Made by a program: the position numbers and the translations under genes. A stretch of DNA of 44,026 bases from Clostridia bacterium (lineage in GTDB: Bacteria > Bacillota > Clostridia > UMGS1810), in the NCBI GenBank assembly GCA_017503945.1, contig JAFVSB010000155.1, positions 1 through 44,026 of the forward strand. Reading direction: 5' to 3'. Below the pieces are notes generated by a model that was not told where the DNA came from, did not search any database, and saw nothing but the letters and a program-made list of their open reading frames with translations. Positions 8,093 to 17,466 of the stretch are shown here, in pieces. Position 1 is the stretch's first letter. The number at the start of each line of letters is the position of its first letter.

Positions 8093-10684
8093 ATGAAAAA
8101 CAAATCCTCGGTCACACCGATGATGCAGCAATACTTGCAAATCAAAGAAGAATATAACGATTGTATTTTGTTTTTCCGTCTCGGTGATTTTTATGAGATG
8201 TTTTTTGATGATGCAATCACTGCATCGCGCGAGCTCGAAATCACTCTCACAGGAAAAGACTGCGGTCTTGAGGAGCGCGCACCCATGTGCGGAGTGCCGT
8301 TTCACAGCGCTCAGGGCTATGTGACCCGCCTTATCAAAAAAGGCTACAAGGTGGCAATATGTGAGCAGGTGGAAGACCCTGCCACTGCCAAGGGCATAGT
8401 AAAGCGCGATGTCATCAGAGTTATCACCCCCGGCACTGCCGACACAGAGTCGATAGGCGAAGAAAACAACTTCCTCGCATCGGTGGTCATGGAAGATGAT
8501 GCATATGGCATAGCCTTTGCCGATGTCACCACAGGAGAGGTTATCGTGTCAGACGGTGAGTCTGAATTTGGCGAGAGCTCACTCATCAATCTTCTTGCAT
8601 CATTCAAACCCTCTGAGATAATTCTCAATTCAGGCTCAGCGAAGCGCTGTAAGGATATTGTTGACCTTAAAAAACGCTATAATTTTTATGATAGCTTTGC
8701 CCCCGATGAGCTCTTTGAGCTTGCCAAAGCCAAAGACAGCATCAAAGCTCAATTTGGCGAAAGAGCCGCTATAGATGCAGGCATAGGTGAGTCGGAGCTT
8801 TGCCAGAGAGCTCTTGGAGGCCTTTTGGCATATCTTTATGACACTCAAAAAGTAGACCTCACCCACATCAATTCGTTCAAATACATCTGCAGCAGCCGCC
8901 ATTTGCAAATAGACATCAGCTCTTTTCGCAATCTGGAGCTCACCGAGACCATGCGCGACAAGGAAAAACGCGGCTCGCTTCTGGGCATTCTTGACCGCAC
9001 CAAAACTGCAATGGGCGCTCGCAGGCTAAAATCGTGGCTTGACCGTCCCTTAATTGATTCACAGCAGATAAACCTTCGAAGCGGTGCAGTGGAGGAGCTT
9101 GTGAATAATACAGTGGTGCGTGAGGAAATCACCGAAGCTCTCAAGCTTGTGTATGACATCGAGCGCATACTTTCAAGAGTGGTTTACGGCTCATGCAACG
9201 CAAGAGATTTCGTGTCGCTTCGTCAGAGCCTCGAGATGCTGCCCGCAGTGAAAACGGCGCTTTCGAAGTGTTCGTCACACTTTCTTTCGCAAATTGCCAC
9301 AAGCCTTGACACCATGTCGGAGCTAAGGCTACTCATAGCATGCGCAATAGTAGACGAGCCCCCCGTGACCATAAAAGAGGGCGGCATGATAAAACAGGGC
9401 TTCGATAAGGAACTTGACCGCATAAAGGAAATCCTTTTGGGCGGCACCGACCACATTGCCGCAATCGAAGCAAAAGAGCGCGAGCGCACTGGCATTAAAA
9501 ACCTCAAGGTGGCATACAACAGAGTTTTTGGCTATTATATAGAAATATCAAAATCCAACCTTGACCGTGTGCCCGAGGAATATATCCGCAAGCAGACCCT
9601 TGTGGGCGGTGAGCGTTTTATTACTCAGGAGCTAAAAGAGCTTGAGTCAAACATCTTAAACGCGCGCGAAAAGGTCAACGCGCTTGAATATGAAAACTTC
9701 CTTGCAGTAAAAAAAGAAATTCTTTCAAATCTCAAAAAGCTTCAAAACACAGCCAAGCTTGTGTCGGTTACCGATGCACTGTGTTCGCTGGCCACCGTTG
9801 CCCACCAAAGAGGCTATGTGCGCCCTGTGGTGAACGATGGCGATGTAATAGACATAAAAGACGGGCGTCACCCTGTGGTGGAGACGAGTCTGAAAGATTC
9901 GCTCTTTGTGCCCAACAACACCTACCTCGACACAGCCGACAGCCGCTTTTCAATCATAACAGGCCCCAACATGGCGGGCAAATCCACCTATATGAGACAA
10001 ACCGCGCTGATTGTCATCATGGCGCAGATAGGCTCGTTTGTGCCTGCAAGCGAGTGCACAGTGGGCATTGTGGATGCAGTGTTCACCAGAGTGGGCGCAT
10101 CTGACGACCTTGCATCGGGCCAGAGCACATTCATGGTGGAGATGAACGAGGTTGCCCACATTCTCAAAAACGCCACTTCCAGAAGTCTTATCATTTTAGA
10201 TGAAATAGGCCGAGGCACCTCAACCTTTGACGGCCTCTCCATTGCGTGGGCAGTTGCCGAATATATAGCCGATGCCTCCCGCATTGGCGCAAAAACTCTT
10301 TTTGCAACTCACTATCACGAGCTTACCGCTTTGGAAAACCGCATCGACGGAATAAAGAACTATAGCGTTGCCGTGAAAAAGCGCGGTGATGATATCACAT
10401 TTCTTCGAAAGATTGTAAAAGGTGGCACCGATGATAGCTTCGGCATAGAGGTTGCCCTTTTGGCAGGACTTCCGCACGAGGTTATAGACCGTGCCAAAGA
10501 GGTGCTTTGCATGGTAGAGTCGCACTCAGGTGCGCCCCAAACCGAAAATATCCGCCCAAGCGAGGCACCACAGGTTTCAGACAGCTTAAAAGATGAGCTT
10601 ATGGCAATTGATGTGTCCACCCTTACGCCTATTGAGGCGCTCAATGAACTATATAAACTTCAGAAAAAGGTCAGTGAGCTTTGA
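8093..10684 (+). CDS. mutS: DNA mismatch repair protein MutS
   Basis: 863 aa. N-terminal TPMMQQYLQIKEEY...FFRLGDFYEMFFDDA, Walker A GPNMAGKST and STFMVEMNE motifs. Confidence 0.98.
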   Translation: MKNKSSVTPMMQQYLQIKEEYNDCILFFRLGDFYEMFFDDAITASRELEITLTGKDCGLEERAPMCGVPFHSAQGYVTRLIKKGYKVAICEQVEDPATAKGIVKRDVIRVITPGTADTESIGEENNFLASVVMEDDAYGIAFADVTTGEVIVSDGESEFGESSLINLLASFKPSEIILNSGSAKRCKDIVDLKKRYNFYDSFAPDELFELAKAKDSIKAQFGERAAIDAGIGESELCQRALGGLLAYLYDTQKVDLTHINSFKYICSSRHLQIDISSFRNLELTETMRDKEKRGSLLGILDRTKTAMGARRLKSWLDRPLIDSQQINLRSGAVEELVNNTVVREEITEALKLVYDIERILSRVVYGSCNARDFVSLRQSLEMLPAVKTALSKCSSHFLSQIATSLDTMSELRLLIACAIVDEPPVTIKEGGMIKQGFDKELDRIKEILLGGTDHIAAIEAKERERTGIKNLKVAYNRVFGYYIEISKSNLDRVPEEYIRKQTLVGGERFITQELKELESNILNAREKVNALEYENFLAVKKEILSNLKKLQNTAKLVSVTDALCSLATVAHQRGYVRPVVNDGDVIDIKDGRHPVVETSLKDSLFVPNNTYLDTADSRFSIITGPNMAGKSTYMRQTALIVIMAQIGSFVPASECTVGIVDAVFTRVGASDDLASGQSTFMVEMNEVAHILKNATSRSLIILDEIGRGTSTFDGLSIAWAVAEYIADASRIGAKTLFATHYHELTALENRIDGIKNYSVAVKKRGDDITFLRKIVKGGTDDSFGIEVALLAGLPHEVIDRAKEVLCMVESHSGAPQTENIRPSEAPQVSDSLKDELMAIDVSTLTPIEALNELYKLQKKVSEL

Positions 10685-12618
10685 TGAAAATTAATGTACT
10701 GCCACGAAGCATAGCCAACATGATAGCCGCAGGAGAGGTCGTAGAAAGGCCTGCATCTGTGGTTAAAGAGCTTGTGGAAAACAGCATCGACGCAGGCGCC
10801 GCCTCCGTGACGGTGGAGGTGCAAAAGGGCGGCATGAGCTACATCCGCATCACCGACGATGGCTGCGGCATAGAGCCTGAAGAGGTAGAAACGGCGTTCC
10901 TTCGCCATGCCACCAGCAAAATAAAAACTGAAGAAGACTTAAACGCCATATACACCCTCGGCTTTCGTGGTGAAGCTCTTGCAAGCATTGCCGCGGTTGC
11001 AAGGGTTGAGATATTCACCAAAACCCGAGACAACACCTTTGGCAGATGTGTCACCATAGAGGGCGGCGAGATAGTTGAAAGTGACGATGCAGGCTGCAGT
11101 GACGGCACCACCATCATTGTGAGAGATTTATTCTTCAACACTACTGCCCGCATGAAGTTTCTCAAAAATGACTCCACCGAGACGGGTTACATCACCGACA
11201 CGGTGAACAAAATGATACTAAGTCACCCCGAGGTCAAAATAAAGCTCATTGTGGGCGGCAGAATGACCGTGAGCTCGCCGGGCGACGGCAAGCTTCTTAG
11301 TGCCATATATGCAGTGTATGGCAAAGACTATCAAAAAAACATGATAGAGGTGGACTACTCTGAAGACGGCATAGAGGTCACAGGCTTTGTGGGCAATTCG
11401 TCAATTGCCCGAAAGGACCGCCGCGGCCAGGTGTTTTTCATAAACGGCCGCTATATCTCAAGCAAGGTCATGTCGGCAGCAGTGAACGAAGCCTTTCAGA
11501 ACACTGTGATGGTGGGCAAATACCCCGTGGCAATCCTTATGACAAAGGTCAACGGAAATTTTGTGGATGTCAATGTGCACCCCACCAAGACCGAAGTGCG
11601 GTTTTCTGATGACAAAAAAATATATCACTCAGTTTTCTGGGCAGTAAAAAATGCCCTTTCTGTAAAAAAATATGTGCCCGAGGTAACCATTAAGCCTCAG
11701 AGCATGAGTGCTGCTGCATCAATTTTGAGAAACGAGGCAGTAAAAGAGCAAAACAAAGCCACTCAGCTCGACATCAACCTTTTGAGAGATTCATTTTTTA
11801 AAACCCCTCCTGCACCTGCCCAAGAGAGCAAACCGAAAAAGGTGGAGGAAGAAATCTCCCGTCACATAGCAAAAAATTCGTTTTTTTCCAAAGATGATAT
11901 ATCATCACTTTCATCGCCGAGCGCTCCCGCGCCCGAAGCTCCCAAGCCAGAGTTAAAACAAGAACCAAAACCCGAACCAAAACAAGACCCCACCCCCGAA
12001 CCCGAGGGCGAAAAGCCAAAGAGCGCCATGCCAAAGGCAGGAGTGGACTTTAGCGTTGTGGGGCAGGTTTTTGCCACCTACATCATAGTGCAAAAAGATA
12101 GCGAAATGCTCATTATAGACCAGCACGCAGCTCAGGAGCGAATATTTTTTGAACAGCTATTGGCAGACTATGAAGCCAAAGATATTCCCGTTCAGCTTTT
12201 GCTTTTGCCGCAAACGGTTAACCTCGATAGCGTTCTCTTTGCTCTGGTGTGTGACAATTTTGACTTTTTTGCATCACTTGGCTTTGAATGTGAAGAATTT
12301 GGCGAGAGTGCAGTGGTCATAAGAGCTGTGCCCTCTGCCATTGCCGACTCCGACATAAAAGACACCTTCCTGGGCGTGGCAGAGCTTTTGTCAGGCGGCT
12401 GTGCCAATGCAAAAAAGGCACTTGCCGAGGAAGCTCTTCATACAATGGCCTGCAAGCGTGCCATAAAGGGCAACAGTGTGCTTTCAATGGCCGAGATGGA
12501 GAGCCTTGCCGAAAAGGTGCTTTCGTTTGAACATATCAACACCTGCCCTCATGGCAGACCGATTTGTGTGTCTATGACAAAATATGAAATGGAAAAGCAG
12601 TTTAAAAGAATTGTGTAA
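10684..12618 (+). CDS. mutL: DNA mismatch repair endonuclease MutL
   Basis: MKINVLPRSIANMIAAGEVVERPASVVKELVENSIDAG GHKL ATPase N-terminus, a Pro/Glu/Lys-rich linker, and C-terminal DQHAAQERI and CPHGRP motifs. The ATG overlaps the mutS TGA by 1 nt. Confidence 0.97.
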   Translation: MKINVLPRSIANMIAAGEVVERPASVVKELVENSIDAGAASVTVEVQKGGMSYIRITDDGCGIEPEEVETAFLRHATSKIKTEEDLNAIYTLGFRGEALASIAAVARVEIFTKTRDNTFGRCVTIEGGEIVESDDAGCSDGTTIIVRDLFFNTTARMKFLKNDSTETGYITDTVNKMILSHPEVKIKLIVGGRMTVSSPGDGKLLSAIYAVYGKDYQKNMIEVDYSEDGIEVTGFVGNSSIARKDRRGQVFFINGRYISSKVMSAAVNEAFQNTVMVGKYPVAILMTKVNGNFVDVNVHPTKTEVRFSDDKKIYHSVFWAVKNALSVKKYVPEVTIKPQSMSAAASILRNEAVKEQNKATQLDINLLRDSFFKTPPAPAQESKPKKVEEEISRHIAKNSFFSKDDISSLSSPSAPAPEAPKPELKQEPKPEPKQDPTPEPEGEKPKSAMPKAGVDFSVVGQVFATYIIVQKDSEMLIIDQHAAQERIFFEQLLADYEAKDIPVQLLLLPQTVNLDSVLFALVCDNFDFFASLGFECEEFGESAVVIRAVPSAIADSDIKDTFLGVAELLSGGCANAKKALAEEALHTMACKRAIKGNSVLSMAEMESLAEKVLSFEHINTCPHGRPICVSMTKYEMEKQFKRIV

Positions 12619-12629
12619 CGGAGCTTGTA

Positions 12630-13571
12630 ATGAATACAGTAATCCTTATAGTGGGCCCCACAGGCTGCGGCAAGACCGCGCTTTCGGTTGCTCTTGCAAA
12701 GCAGATGGGCGCTGAGATAATATCGTGCGACTCTATGCAGGTATACCGAGGTCTTGACATCGGCACCGCCAAGGTGACCGAAGATGAAATGCAAGGTGTG
12801 CCCCATCATATGATAGATATAATCTCCCCGTTTGAAAGCTACAGCGTAAGCGATTTTTGTGCTGATGCCAAAGAGGCTGCAGCCGACATTTTTGCCAAGG
12901 GCAAAAGCGTAGTGATGGTTGGCGGCACGGGTCTGTATGCCGATTCGTTTGTAAAAGACATCGACTTCACCGCCACGGGCAGCTGCGATAAAATCCGCGC
13001 TGAGCTTGAAGAATTTGTGCGCTTGCATGGTGCCGAGGCTCTTCATGCGCATCTTGCAACGATTGACCCTGAGAGCGCGCTCTCTATTCATGCCAATAAC
13101 ATTAAGCGCGTGATAAGAGCCATTGAATATTACCGCCTCACAGGCGAAACAATCTCAGAACACAACCGCCGCACCAAAGAAAAACCCTCGCCCTACAAAT
13201 ATGTGTATATAGCTCTCACAAGAGACAGAGCCGAGCTATATGAGCGCATAGACCAAAGAGTTGACATCATGATGCAAAAAGGTCTTCTTGCCGAGGTGTG
13301 GGCCCTTCACAAAATGGGCCTTCGCTCGTGCCACACAGCCATGCAGGCACTTGGCTACAAGGAGCTTGTGTGGTATCTTGAGGGCAAATGTACCCTCAAT
13401 GAGGCAGTAGCCATTTTAAAGCGCGACTCCCGCCGCTATGCCAAACGCCAGCTCACATGGTTTGGCCGCAACAAAGAAACCAACTGGATTGACCTCTCGG
13501 GCGGCAAAGACGAATCGTATGCCCTTGAGAGGGCAAAAGAAATATTGCACCAAAATGAGGTGATATTTTGA
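12630..13571 (+). CDS. miaA: tRNA dimethylallyltransferase
   Basis: P-loop GPTGCGKTALS, then SCDSMQVYRGLDIGTAK. Follows mutL as in Bacillus. Confidence 0.95.
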   Translation: MNTVILIVGPTGCGKTALSVALAKQMGAEIISCDSMQVYRGLDIGTAKVTEDEMQGVPHHMIDIISPFESYSVSDFCADAKEAAADIFAKGKSVVMVGGTGLYADSFVKDIDFTATGSCDKIRAELEEFVRLHGAEALHAHLATIDPESALSIHANNIKRVIRAIEYYRLTGETISEHNRRTKEKPSPYKYVYIALTRDRAELYERIDQRVDIMMQKGLLAEVWALHKMGLRSCHTAMQALGYKELVWYLEGKCTLNEAVAILKRDSRRYAKRQLTWFGRNKETNWIDLSGGKDESYALERAKEILHQNEVIF

Positions 13572-14761
13572 AAAAGAAAATTAAAATAATATCAGCTTTG
13601 CTTATTGCAGCATTTGTGATATATAACATTGTAAGCCTTTTTTCATCACCTGAGACCACCACCATTGCGCAAATAGACACCATAGAGGTAACGCATGAAT
13701 TTGACGGTGTGGTGTCGAGGCTGGAACAGTTTGTAACTGCCGAAACGCAAGAGGGCGGAGTGCTTGATTTTGCAGTGTCGGAAATGGAAATGGTCAAAAA
13801 AGGCAAGCTTTTGGCCGTGCACTATGACAGCTCAATTGATGAAGCCAAAAAGAAAAAGCTCTCTGAGCTTAGCCGAAAAATAAGCGAGATAACTTCCTCA
13901 CCCAACAATGTGGGAGCGCTCACCATTGACCCCGAAAAGCTCGAAAAGCAAATAAGCCAAAAAATCGACGAGGTCATAAATGCTGCGCCAAGCCGTGACA
14001 TGGCAGTGGTTTCATCTGTCAAAGATGACATCAACATGCTGCTTGGCCGCAAGCTCACATCCGAGGGCAACACCGCCACTGCTGCCGAAATGCTTGAAAA
14101 TCTGCGCATCGAAAAGATGCAGCTCGAAAAAGAATACGGCGGCAAAAAGCTTGAGATAACATCTCCTGCCCATGGAATATTTTCCACCCGCATCGATGGT
14201 TTGGAAACTGTGCTCACGCCCGAAAAGGCATCAGCGATGACAGTGTCTGATTTTGAAACCATCAAAAACAAAGAAAGGCAAGAGCGCACCACCGATGCAA
14301 ATGTGGTGTGCAAGCTTGTGGATAATTCCAAATGGTGGCTCTCGGTGCTTGCCGATGAAAAGAGCGCCGGGCAGTTTGAAGTGAGCAACTATATAAAGCT
14401 TCGCGTTGCAGGCGACGGTGGCGAGATTGGTGCAACTGTAGAGTATATTTCCCCCTCTCAAAACGGCAAGCACATCATCACTTTTGTATCTGATGATTAC
14501 AACGGCTATGTGTTTGAAAACAGGCTCGTGCATGTGGTGGCAGTGAAAGAAAGCTACACAGGCTATCGCATACCGCTGGGTGCAATCCGTGTGAAAAACG
14601 AAAAAACAGGCGTGTATGTGCGCACCGCCACAAACACAAAATATCGTGAAATAGATGTAATATACAAAGATGATAAAATTGCAATCGCCAAGGTGGACAA
14701 CCGCAAGGCGAACTCACTTCTTTTGTATGATGAAATAGTTGTAGACATGAAGGAGGAATAG
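13568..14761 (+). CDS. Membrane-anchored HlyD/membrane-fusion-like protein (function unknown)
   Basis: N-terminal TM helix (IISALLIAAFVIYNIVSLF), a barrel-sandwich-like segment, a long coiled-coil middle and a beta-rich C-terminus. The TTG start overlaps the miaA stop. The family call rests on architecture only. Confidence 0.5.
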   Translation: MKKKIKIISALLIAAFVIYNIVSLFSSPETTTIAQIDTIEVTHEFDGVVSRLEQFVTAETQEGGVLDFAVSEMEMVKKGKLLAVHYDSSIDEAKKKKLSELSRKISEITSSPNNVGALTIDPEKLEKQISQKIDEVINAAPSRDMAVVSSVKDDINMLLGRKLTSEGNTATAAEMLENLRIEKMQLEKEYGGKKLEITSPAHGIFSTRIDGLETVLTPEKASAMTVSDFETIKNKERQERTTDANVVCKLVDNSKWWLSVLADEKSAGQFEVSNYIKLRVAGDGGEIGATVEYISPSQNGKHIITFVSDDYNGYVFENRLVHVVAVKESYTGYRIPLGAIRVKNEKTGVYVRTATNTKYREIDVIYKDDKIAIAKVDNRKANSLLLYDEIVVDMKEE

Positions 14762-14764
14762 AGC

Positions 14765-15442
14765 TTGTCAATAAAGGATAATCTTGAAAAGATAAGGCAA
14801 AATGTGGCCGAGGCTTGTGCGCAGTGCGCAAGAAGCCCTGAAGATGTGCTCATTTTGGCCGTCACCAAAACCCGCACGCCCGACGAAATCAACGAGGCAA
14901 TCCGTTGCGGTATCACCGACATTGGCGAAAACAGAGTGCAGGAGCTCCTTTCTAAATATGACGCTGTTGACCCCTCGGCACGCTGGCACATAATAGGCCA
15001 TTTGCAGACCAACAAGGTAAAATACATTGTCGACAAGGTGTGCATGATTCACTCGGTGGATTCGCTGAAGCTTGCCCAGGAGATCGACCGCCGCTGCAAA
15101 AGTATTGGTAAGGTAATGGATGTGCTAATTGAGGTTAACTCCGGCGAAGAAAACAAAGACGGCATAGACCCATCGGATGTATATGAGCTCATCCGCGAGG
15201 CCTCAAAGCTGGAAAACATAAGCATCAAAGGCCTCATGACCATGGCGCCTTTGGGGGCCGGCAAAGAAACTCTCACCAATGTTTTTTCGGCTTTGTATAA
15301 TTTGTCTGTTGACATAAAGAACAAAAAATATGATAATGTAAGTATGGATACCCTGTCAATGGGTATGTCGGGCGACTATGTTGATGCAGTCCGCTGCGGA
15401 GCCACCATAATCCGCCCCGGACGCACATTGTTTAATATATAA
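14765..15442 (+). CDS. ylmE: YggS/YlmE-family pyridoxal-phosphate homeostasis protein
   Basis: LAVTKTRTPDEINEAIRCGITDIGENRVQE and HIIGHLQTNKVKY motifs. TTG start 14765 follows an AGGAGGA RBS. First gene of the ylmE-sepF-ylmH-divIVA block. Confidence 0.9.
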   Translation: MSIKDNLEKIRQNVAEACAQCARSPEDVLILAVTKTRTPDEINEAIRCGITDIGENRVQELLSKYDAVDPSARWHIIGHLQTNKVKYIVDKVCMIHSVDSLKLAQEIDRRCKSIGKVMDVLIEVNSGEENKDGIDPSDVYELIREASKLENISIKGLMTMAPLGAGKETLTNVFSALYNLSVDIKNKKYDNVSMDTLSMGMSGDYVDAVRCGATIIRPGRTLFNI

Positions 15443-15463
15443 GGAAACAGGGAGGAAACCAAA

Positions 15464-15928
15464 ATGAGTTCTATAATGGATTGGGTAAAAAATACTATCG
15501 GCTATAGCGAAGAAGAGGAATTTGAAGAAACTCAGCACAGCATGCCGGAGCCTGCAACCATGCAGCCGCGCCGCAGCCGCATGACAGATGATATCCCCGC
15601 CACTGCGCGCAGAAGCAGAGTTGTCAACATCAACACCACAGCTCAGCTCAAGGTTGTGGTTGTGCAGCCTATATCATATGATGATGCCCCTGAGATTGCT
15701 GATCATCTCAAGCAGAAGAAACCCGTTGTAATCAATCTTGAAAAGCTCGAAAAAGGAGTAACCAACAGGATTTTTGAATTCATAGGCGGTGTGGTTTATG
15801 CTCTTGACGGTAGCATGAAAAAAGTGTCGAGCGGCATTTTACTTGTTGTGCCCAACAATATGGGCATAATGGGTGATTTTAGTGATGATCTCAAAACTCA
15901 GGGAATTTTTGACGAGTTCAATATATGA
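15464..15928 (+). CDS. sepF: Cell division protein SepF
   Basis: 154 aa with the C-terminal SepF domain VVVVQPISYDDAPEIADHLKQKKPVVINLEKL...GGVVYALDGSMKKV. GGGAGGA RBS. Confidence 0.92.
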   Translation: MSSIMDWVKNTIGYSEEEEFEETQHSMPEPATMQPRRSRMTDDIPATARRSRVVNINTTAQLKVVVVQPISYDDAPEIADHLKQKKPVVINLEKLEKGVTNRIFEFIGGVVYALDGSMKKVSSGILLVVPNNMGIMGDFSDDLKTQGIFDEFNI

Positions 15929-16692
15929 TAAATAAAAAGAAGATACTGGCCTCGGCAAATTCCGACGAGCTAAAGCTTGTTTTGTCTCATGCTTGTGACC
16001 TCTATACCAAAGCAGAGTTCTCAGGCAGGGCATTTTTCACCAAATTTCTAACCCCGTCTGATGCGTGCGAGATTAAAGCGCGTTTCCCATCTGAAAGCGT
16101 GAGCTTTTTTGGAGGATATGATGACGCCGAAAGAGTGGTGGCTTCATTTGGCGAGGTGCAAGATAAGAGCGAATATCCCATAAAGGTCATCGATGTGCGC
16201 CAAAAGGGCGGCAAGGAGCTTTCTCACCGCGACTATCTGGGCACTGTACTTTCTTTGGGCATAGGGCGCGAAATGGTGGGCGACATAATCGTGCGAGAGG
16301 GCGGCGCATATGTGTTTTGCCTTGCAGATATTGCCCCATTTATTGCTGACAGCCTTTGCAAAATAGGCGGTGCGGGTGTGAGAACTGATGTTTTAGATGA
16401 CATTTTCGATGTTAGCTTTGAACGAAAATATGAAACCAGAGGAGCCACTGTGTCGTCATTGCGCCTTGATTGCGTGGTGAGTGCAGCATGCGGCAAGTCG
16501 CGCGCGGCATCGTCGGAGCTTGTGGCGCGCTCGCTTGTGTCGGTCAACTACAAAGAGGCAAATTCTGTGAGCCTTGCCATAAAAGACGGCGATATTCTCA
16601 CTGTGAGAGGTCATGGCAAGTTTTTAATTAAAACAGACAGCCGTCTGACCCGCAAAGGAAGAATATATATTGATATATTAAAATATGTTTAA
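15925..16692 (+). CDS. ylmH: YlmH-family RNA-binding protein with S4 domain
   Basis: 255 aa with a C-terminal S4-like segment RLDCVVSAACGKSRAASSELVARSLVSVNYKE. The ATGA overlap with the sepF stop and the position before divIVA are conserved. Confidence 0.85.
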   Translation: MINKKKILASANSDELKLVLSHACDLYTKAEFSGRAFFTKFLTPSDACEIKARFPSESVSFFGGYDDAERVVASFGEVQDKSEYPIKVIDVRQKGGKELSHRDYLGTVLSLGIGREMVGDIIVREGGAYVFCLADIAPFIADSLCKIGGAGVRTDVLDDIFDVSFERKYETRGATVSSLRLDCVVSAACGKSRAASSELVARSLVSVNYKEANSVSLAIKDGDILTVRGHGKFLIKTDSRLTRKGRIYIDILKYV

Positions 16693-16694
16693 TT

Positions 16695-16968
16695 AGCCGA
16701 AAGAGAGCAATCCCAACCCGCCTGAAATGGTGAAATTTTGGCGTCTTTTGGCTTGTCATCTTTGCAAGGCACAAAGCCTTGCTTTATCTTCCGCACCAAA
16801 ATCCACTCAGAATTTCATCCATTTCAGGTCATGGAATTTTCAGAGAGCAAATTTTTGGTTGCGAAAGGCAAAAACACAGGCAATCCTGATGGATTGCCGA
16901 GTATTTTAACACAGCGAAAGTGAAAATTCGCCTCTGAAAATCGGAGTTTGGATTATTCTCTTTCGGCT
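16695..16968 (+). repeat. 274-nt closed two-arm structured element (family copy A) between ylmH and divIVA
   Basis: Closing stem 16695-16713 / 16950-16968 (12 perfect bp, G-U, one mismatch, 5 bp). Arm 1 is 16721-16828 and arm 2 is 16836-16941. Colinear with 26760-27036. Confidence 0.75.
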
Positions 16969-16985
16969 CTAAGGAGGATATACAA

Positions 16986-17450
16986 ATGATAACACCACTT
17001 GATATTCAGACCAAAACATTTTCAAGCGCCGCAATGGGCTATAAAAAAGCTGAGGTGGATGCATTTTTTGAAGAGCTGCTTCGTGATTATGAGACTCTCT
17101 ACAAAAGTGCAAACGAATCAAATGCCAAAATAAAGGAGCTCACAAAGCTTGTTGACTCCTACAAAGGCATGGAAGATACCATGAAAAACACACTCGTTGT
17201 GGCACAAAGCTCAGCAGAGCAGCTCAGCGCCTCTGCTCACAAAGAGGCTGAAGCAATAGTAAGCGAAGCCACTGCCAAATCACAAGACATCATTGCCAAA
17301 GCAAATGAGCGTCTTGCTTCACTTGCAGGCGAGTATGAAGCGCTCAAAAAAGAAATAGCCATGTTTATAATGCGCTCAAAATCTGAATTTGAGGTGCAAA
17401 TGAAAGCTCTTGAGCAGTCGGCGGAGCGCTTGCAGCAGTCATCTATCTGA
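16986..17450 (+). CDS. divIVA: DivIVA-domain cell-division protein
   Basis: MITPLDIQTKTFSSAAMGYKKAEVDAFFEEL is the canonical DivIVA N-terminus, followed by coiled coil. AAGGAGGA RBS. Confidence 0.93.
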   Translation: MITPLDIQTKTFSSAAMGYKKAEVDAFFEELLRDYETLYKSANESNAKIKELTKLVDSYKGMEDTMKNTLVVAQSSAEQLSASAHKEAEAIVSEATAKSQDIIAKANERLASLAGEYEALKKEIAMFIMRSKSEFEVQMKALEQSAERLQQSSI

Positions 17451-17466
17451 TGTTGGGAGTAGTTTG

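Noticed and set aside
11880-12010. Repetitive PEPKP-type coding stretch in mutL
   Set aside because: This is the usual low-complexity Pro/Glu/Lys linker between the MutL N- and C-terminal domains. It is in frame and is not a DNA repeat element.
16879-16900. Hammerhead-like CTGATG next to a hairpin in arm 2 of the 16.7-kb element
   Set aside because: Only CUGAUG is present. The GAAA core and the three-helix junction are missing, and the sibling element has TGAC at this position.
16727-16923. 60- and 61-aa ORFs inside the 16.7-kb structured element, and the 80-aa minus ORF 26759-27001 in its sibling
   Set aside because: They have no RBS. They are not conserved between the two homologous elements, and substitutions between the copies preserve base pairing rather than any reading frame.
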